DNA of 30,724 nucleotides, taken from positions 1-30,724 of the forward strand of contig JBHLMG010000026.1 in assembly GCA_048938385.1 (NCBI GenBank). Direction: 5' to 3'. This DNA is from Promethearchaeota archaeon. Its GTDB lineage: Archaea; Asgardarchaeota; Hermodarchaeia; Hermodarchaeales; Hermodarchaeaceae. The notes below the pieces were generated by a model. That model saw only the letters and a program-made list of their open reading frames with translations, ran no database searches and was not told the origin of the DNA. Positions within the stretch are counted from its first letter, which is position 1; each line of letters opens with the position of its first letter. A program made the position numbers and the translations under genes. Below are positions 27,101 through 30,724 of this stretch, one piece after another.

Positions 27101-30100
27101 ATCATCCCAATATCCAATCAGATCAGGGCAGGTAACATTGATCCCCACATACCCAGTTCCATTAAGAACGGGTAGACCGCCTGTCGTTTCATAGTGGACC
27201 AAAATCGTGATATCATCACCGGTGGGTTGGGTGGCAATAGTATCCGCAAAAAGGATAGTTTCGGTACCCACTGTCCGGACAGAAAAGGCTTTAGTTGCCA
27301 AGGTGTAGAAGGGCGTGTTTCCGGCCTCCCAGCTAGCTTCAATTTTGAGATTGAAGATGACGTTAACCGCTCCCAGTCCACTAGCATCGATGGACACACG
27401 ATAGTACAGGGTGGGCTCGACCCAAGCTGGACCAAAGGTGATGTCTTCAATGAAGTAGCTAGCGCTGATTTCACTGTCGTTCGCGGCATGGAGAATGCGG
27501 ATTCGTACATAATCACTAGGAGTGCTATTTTCAATCCCCACGCCAGTCAGGATATCGGTGTAGTTGAGGTAGACAATGACATAATCGGCATAACCGGTGT
27601 CAACGGGGTTGGTATTGATGATGCGGGTTTCACGGTACTCTGACACCAGCCAGACACCTACCCATTGTTCTTCGTAATCTGGAGGGTCGGCGATCCATCC
27701 CAGGGTGACATTAATCCAGTAACTTCCGGGGCTTGGAGTTTGAGCGGAATTGATGATAATTTGGTAGATGCCAGATCCAAGGTAGACTACTGAGTAGGTT
27801 GGGTTGGTCCATGTGCCGTTGGTGACGATGTTGATGGCATCCAAGCCACCAATCCCAAGGCCGTCTTGAGAGCTAGCGTCATCCCGCACTCGATAGATCA
27901 AGCGGATGTCGAAGTCTTCACCATAAGGAGCCGCATCAACGGGTACTTTTTCGATTTCCATATAGACCGTGCGAATGTTAATAGACAGGGGGGGATTGGC
28001 AATTCGGGCATGGCGATAGGGCAGCGTTGGATGGTAGGCGGTGACTTCGATTTCATAGCTTCCGATGGTCAGTGGTTTGGTGATGGTAATACGATAGTAG
28101 CTGGCAAATTCGTCAACATAATAATCGCTGGGGAGGAGGCTTAAGGGTCCTAGACCTTGCACTGTGAGTGTGGCGCCAGGGATGAAAGCTCCATTGTTAG
28201 AGCTTTGCCCGTCTAGAATCAAATATTCCACATTAACAATGATGTTGTCGCCGACTGGTGTGGTGGGAATCTGTGAGTATGTGAGAGTCGTGAAGAGCGC
28301 TCGTACCGTGATGGGAACATTGGTGAGGACTCTATTAGCGTATTGGGCGGGGCTAGTGATGGTGATCCGATAGTAGTACGTTTGATTAGTGGTCAGGATG
28401 CTATCAAAGATGGTGATGGTATAGGTACCATCGATGTTATCAACATAGGAAAAGTCAATATCGACGGTAAGACCCAAAATCGTAATTGTTGCACCGGTAA
28501 TCGGGTCCCCATCTTGAAAAGCGCCACTATCAGATACTGTATAGTTGACTTCAAGGATGCCGTCTTCTCCCCAAGCCACCACTGGTGGACTTTGATAAGT
28601 GAAGGTCGTCGCGAGGGCTCGAATCGTAGCCGTAGCATACACAACATCATCTTCATAGCTGGTCGAAGTGTAGAAGTCGATGGTCAAGCCGTGAGGTCCG
28701 AGACTCCAACCTATCGTCGTAAAGTTTACAGTGAAAATACCATCATTCGCCGTGCCATTTACCACCCACTCATTCCAGTTACTACTATCGATGATGAGCG
28801 TCGTGGGTCCAACAATACGAATCCCAATCAGATCTAAATCGTTGATAGGCAAACTCAGGTCGGCATCTTCAATCCGAATGACCATGGTTCCATTATTTTC
28901 CCAGGGAATAGTGGCAATGGGATCAATGTTACTTGATATATAGTGGTTTCGAATCCGAAAGCCAATGGATTGATACGCCCCCTCGTGATATGGATCGGGA
29001 GATACTACATGCAAGACCAAGGAATAGAGTTTGACCGTGTCGATCTTACCGCTGGTCGAGAGGAGGGTAAGCGTGTATTCGCCTCCACCAACTTCTACGA
29101 GTGTGTAGTCAGAGGGGTTGAGAAGGGTACCATCTAAGGTCGAACCAGCAATACTGGTTACTCCGACAATGCCCATGCCATCTTCACCACTCGCCGAATC
29201 GTCCACAATGTAATAGAAGGTGATCACCACATCTAGTCCCCACGCGGTGCTGCCGACGGCATCATAGCTAATGGCGGTGCGAATGGTTCGAATTTCAAAC
29301 CCAATGTTAATGTTCGCGTTATTGTGCTGAGGATCGGGAGAGTTAACTAGAAGATAGAGGGCATAACCTGGTTTAATCGTGCTAATTTTACCACTGGAAT
29401 AGAGGATGGTTAGAGTGTATTGCCCCCCTCCATTATCAATGAGTGTGTATTCACCAGGATTGAGGGGACTCCCATCCAGAGTAGAACCAGCAATTGAAGT
29501 AACACCAGCAATCCCTGTTCCGTGTTGTGAACTCGCAGGATCATTGACAGTGTAAGTAAAGAGAATGACAACATCAGTACCACGGGGAACTGGTGGAGTC
29601 GGTGTATAACTAAGTAAGGTGACAATTGATCGAACAGCAAATTGGCTCGAACGACTTGCGGCATCATATTCAGGGCTTGGAGGATTCACATACAAAAGGA
29701 GCGTATATGTTTGAATGTCATTGATCTTTCCGCTGGCGTAGAAAATCGTCAGAGTATACTGCCCACCTCCCACCTCGCCGAGGCTATAATCCCCAGGATT
29801 AAGTAATGTGCCTCCAAGGGTGGACCCTGCCAAACTAGTGACACCTGCAATACCCATTCCATGTTGCGTGCTCCCCAGATCATTGACACCATAATAGAAT
29901 GTAATGATTACATCGTCGCCCCAAGGAGTGGGGGATGGAGGATCTACGGTCACTTGAGTGGTTAAAGATCGGATGCCAAAAGTAATTGTTTGTCCTCCAT
30001 CAGCATACTGGGTGGCTGGAGCAACAAAATAAAGGCTAAGAACATAGGTGGGTTTGATGGTGTTGAGTTTTCCGCTGCTATAGAGGAGGGTGAGGGTGTA

Positions 30101-30724
30101 TTCGCCGCCACCCACTTCCACGAAGGTGTAGTCACCAGGATTGAGGGCGACAGCGTCGAGGGTGGAGCCCGCGATGCTCGTGACGCCCGTGATCCCCATG
30201 CCATGCTGAGCACTCGCGGTATCTTCAACAAGGTAGTAGACAGTGATGACCACATCATTCCCCCAGGGAGTGGGGAGGGGAGGATCGTAGGCGATTTTAG
30301 TCCCTAATTGGCGGATGATGAAAGTGGTGGTGCGGTCTGCAGCTTTATATTCGGGTGCGGGTGACACCACATGCAAAGCCAACGAATAGGTTGTAATGGT
30401 GCTGATTTTGCCACTACTGAATAAAATGGTCAGGGTGTATTCGCCACCGCCGACCTCCACGAGGGTGTAGTCGGTTCCGGTGAGGGCGACAGCGTCGAGG
30501 GTGGATCCCGCGATACTGGTTACTCCGATAATGCCTGAACCATCTAGGGGGCTATCGATGTCGTTGACCACGTAGTAGAAGGTGATGACCACGTCTTCCC
30601 CATAGGGCACCTGGGGAATGGGGTCGAAGGAGATTGAAGTGAGGAGGGTGCGAACCGTGAAACCAATGGTTTGGTCCGCATCTTCATACTGGACATCAGG
30701 AGCCACCACATGAAGCACAAGGGT
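24197..30724 (-). CDS. Giant single-pass cell-surface protein with tandem Ig-like repeats (5' part beyond window)
   Basis: Frame open to the right edge (>2175 aa); about 17 beta-rich units of ~100-120 aa; TM at ~24926-24988; ~240-aa cytoplasmic tail. Confidence 0.9.
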   Translation of the reverse strand, partial: TLVLHVVAPDVQYEDADQTIGFTVRTLLTSISFDPIPQVPYGEDVVITFYYVVNDIDSPLDGSGIIGVTSIAGSTLDAVALTGTDYTLVEVGGGEYTLTILFSSGKISTITTYSLALHVVSPAPEYKAADRTTTFIIRQLGTKIAYDPPLPTPWGNDVVITVYYLVEDTASAQHGMGITGVTSIAGSTLDAVALNPGDYTFVEVGGGEYTLTLLYSSGKLNTIKPTYVLSLYFVAPATQYADGGQTITFGIRSLTTQVTVDPPSPTPWGDDVIITFYYGVNDLGSTQHGMGIAGVTSLAGSTLGGTLLNPGDYSLGEVGGGQYTLTIFYASGKINDIQTYTLLLYVNPPSPEYDAASRSSQFAVRSIVTLLSYTPTPPVPRGTDVVILFTYTVNDPASSQHGTGIAGVTSIAGSTLDGSPLNPGEYTLIDNGGGQYTLTILYSSGKISTIKPGYALYLLVNSPDPQHNNANINIGFEIRTIRTAISYDAVGSTAWGLDVVITFYYIVDDSASGEDGMGIVGVTSIAGSTLDGTLLNPSDYTLVEVGGGEYTLTLLSTSGKIDTVKLYSLVLHVVSPDPYHEGAYQSIGFRIRNHYISSNIDPIATIPWENNGTMVIRIEDADLSLPINDLDLIGIRIVGPTTLIIDSSNWNEWVVNGTANDGIFTVNFTTIGWSLGPHGLTIDFYTSTSYEDDVVYATATIRALATTFTYQSPPVVAWGEDGILEVNYTVSDSGAFQDGDPITGATITILGLTVDIDFSYVDNIDGTYTITIFDSILTTNQTYYYRITITSPAQYANRVLTNVPITVRALFTTLTYSQIPTTPVGDNIIVNVEYLILDGQSSNNGAFIPGATLTVQGLGPLSLLPSDYYVDEFASYYRITITKPLTIGSYEIEVTAYHPTLPYRHARIANPPLSINIRTVYMEIEKVPVDAAPYGEDFDIRLIYRVRDDASSQDGLGIGGLDAINIVTNGTWTNPTYSVVYLGSGIYQIIINSAQTPSPGSYWINVTLGWIADPPDYEEQWVGVWLVSEYRETRIINTNPVDTGYADYVIVYLNYTDILTGVGIENSTPSDYVRIRILHAANDSEISASYFIEDITFGPAWVEPTLYYRVSIDASGLGAVNVIFNLKIEASWEAGNTPFYTLATKAFSVRTVGTETILFADTIATQPTGDDITILVHYETTGGLPVLNGTGYVGINVTCPDLIGYWDDTYWYVPTWSWSGTGGNYTIIIRGSKNLDVDTYSFHITLTWPTGFDPIYLPYYASADTYVSARVREIRTTLDWSQPSTVYYTQQLVITALYRDRDHGMVNISDVIWTIDVALPFSFYQDDGTWIITIDTSGLAAGAFSFYLTASKVNYEEQTRDVDITIHLAPLVLQKVDPAPGVSVIIVYWGEVIPITVYLEDGLTFTPLTPGDGASIRYQWYTFDWAVMTYTGTPGYYTISPIIDTGSIIATGTQLIIETNMTNYETEFFIFSLSIQPVKTKLDSNTPPGNSTAIQVYVEDTATLYVRFYSTFDNGSFWNFLNGATIEALNASTSLKLADFTFLYDGLYYCDFDTSLWRIQPQTITVTARTANALQQQVTFTITLLYKPCEIIAEFSSYSANYTDLVTINVFLNDTRDNLGIPNDPIYLIWQSRRFDLTGLGNGWYTGTFPANATPSPQARIISIYHEVYGNYAYAEVKVALTISKASTELLLVSAYTLNTIDGIEYNISVPFTDSSWFIPINDTLVLTFWYRDLNMNTLTSAEVLDAWFRYYEFGYFDYDNSSGYWTIRFRFNETSRPNELTIKFSSEYYIDQIVTKTLEVGFIPMELIYDSIPTTFYVGQTYYYSLYLNDTYHGAPVTGALFDPKLELSPVEGAVVEVIPAEVDGSYDIIITASIVCSGTLTITASKTGYAALNSIESALNIQFTEFMSNLITFGSFGAIVLIIALMGWILWARVYSIPWEVRRMRKLAKTVEKHGEYSLGRKDFKRFHVRNATFETKVSAAMDTIGVSATKLMIPKMEEVEEITASEEDIMAELDKIPGLGPEEKTVLANEMRKIPRKDRIWFLDDLRRQMGQRRMDFLTLQERPKIQPPETPTEKPPGEPEAPPLAEVAPKEPPPPKVLTEDRTAPTVLPPELQETTAASAVVVAEIRRELAKIPRLSKEEVEALVDHLQYLSKKERQATYNSLRQSADMED
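28950..30665 (-). repeat. Five highly similar ~113-114-aa (339-342 bp) tandem domains
   Basis: GVTS(I/L)AGSTL and (EV/DN)GGG(E/Q)YTLT recur five times; TGAGGGCGACAGCGTCGAGGGTGGA is identical at 30142 and 30481. Confidence 0.9.

Noticed and set aside
24218-30307. Numerous + strand and off-frame ORFs inside the giant gene (e.g. 24300..25055, 28343..28837)
   Set aside because: Shadow ORFs of a long coding region; no independent motifs.

Overview
Archaeal-looking window, probably from an Asgard lineage. That assignment is inferred from the TPR/STAND proteins, the giant Ig-like membrane protein and the GGAGG/GGTGA ribosome-binding sites. It has two halves. The left ~15 kb is a string of unrelated accessory genes: TPR-nitrilase fusion, type-B carboxylesterase, STAND NTPase-TPR, HExxH metallopeptidase, tautomerase, flavodoxin, PNPOx-like, ICMT-like and several membrane proteins. 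Almost every gene there is separated from the next by a copy of one ~30-60 bp repeat (core AAGGCTTGGGTTTGTGAGTAAAAGC). All copies lie on the + strand whatever the orientation of the flanking genes. I see 7 supportable copies and 2-3 weak ones. This looks like a gene-cassette array with a non-attC recombination site, and no recombinase is visible in the window. The right ~15 kb lacks the repeat and looks like core genome: CTL/SLC44-like transporter, short FKBP, HEAT-repeat protein, endonuclease IV, MFS, an orphan NfeD, and the 3' part of a >2170-aa repeat-rich surface protein with a ~240-aa cytoplasmic tail. No rRNA, tRNA, CRISPR array or transposase was recognised.
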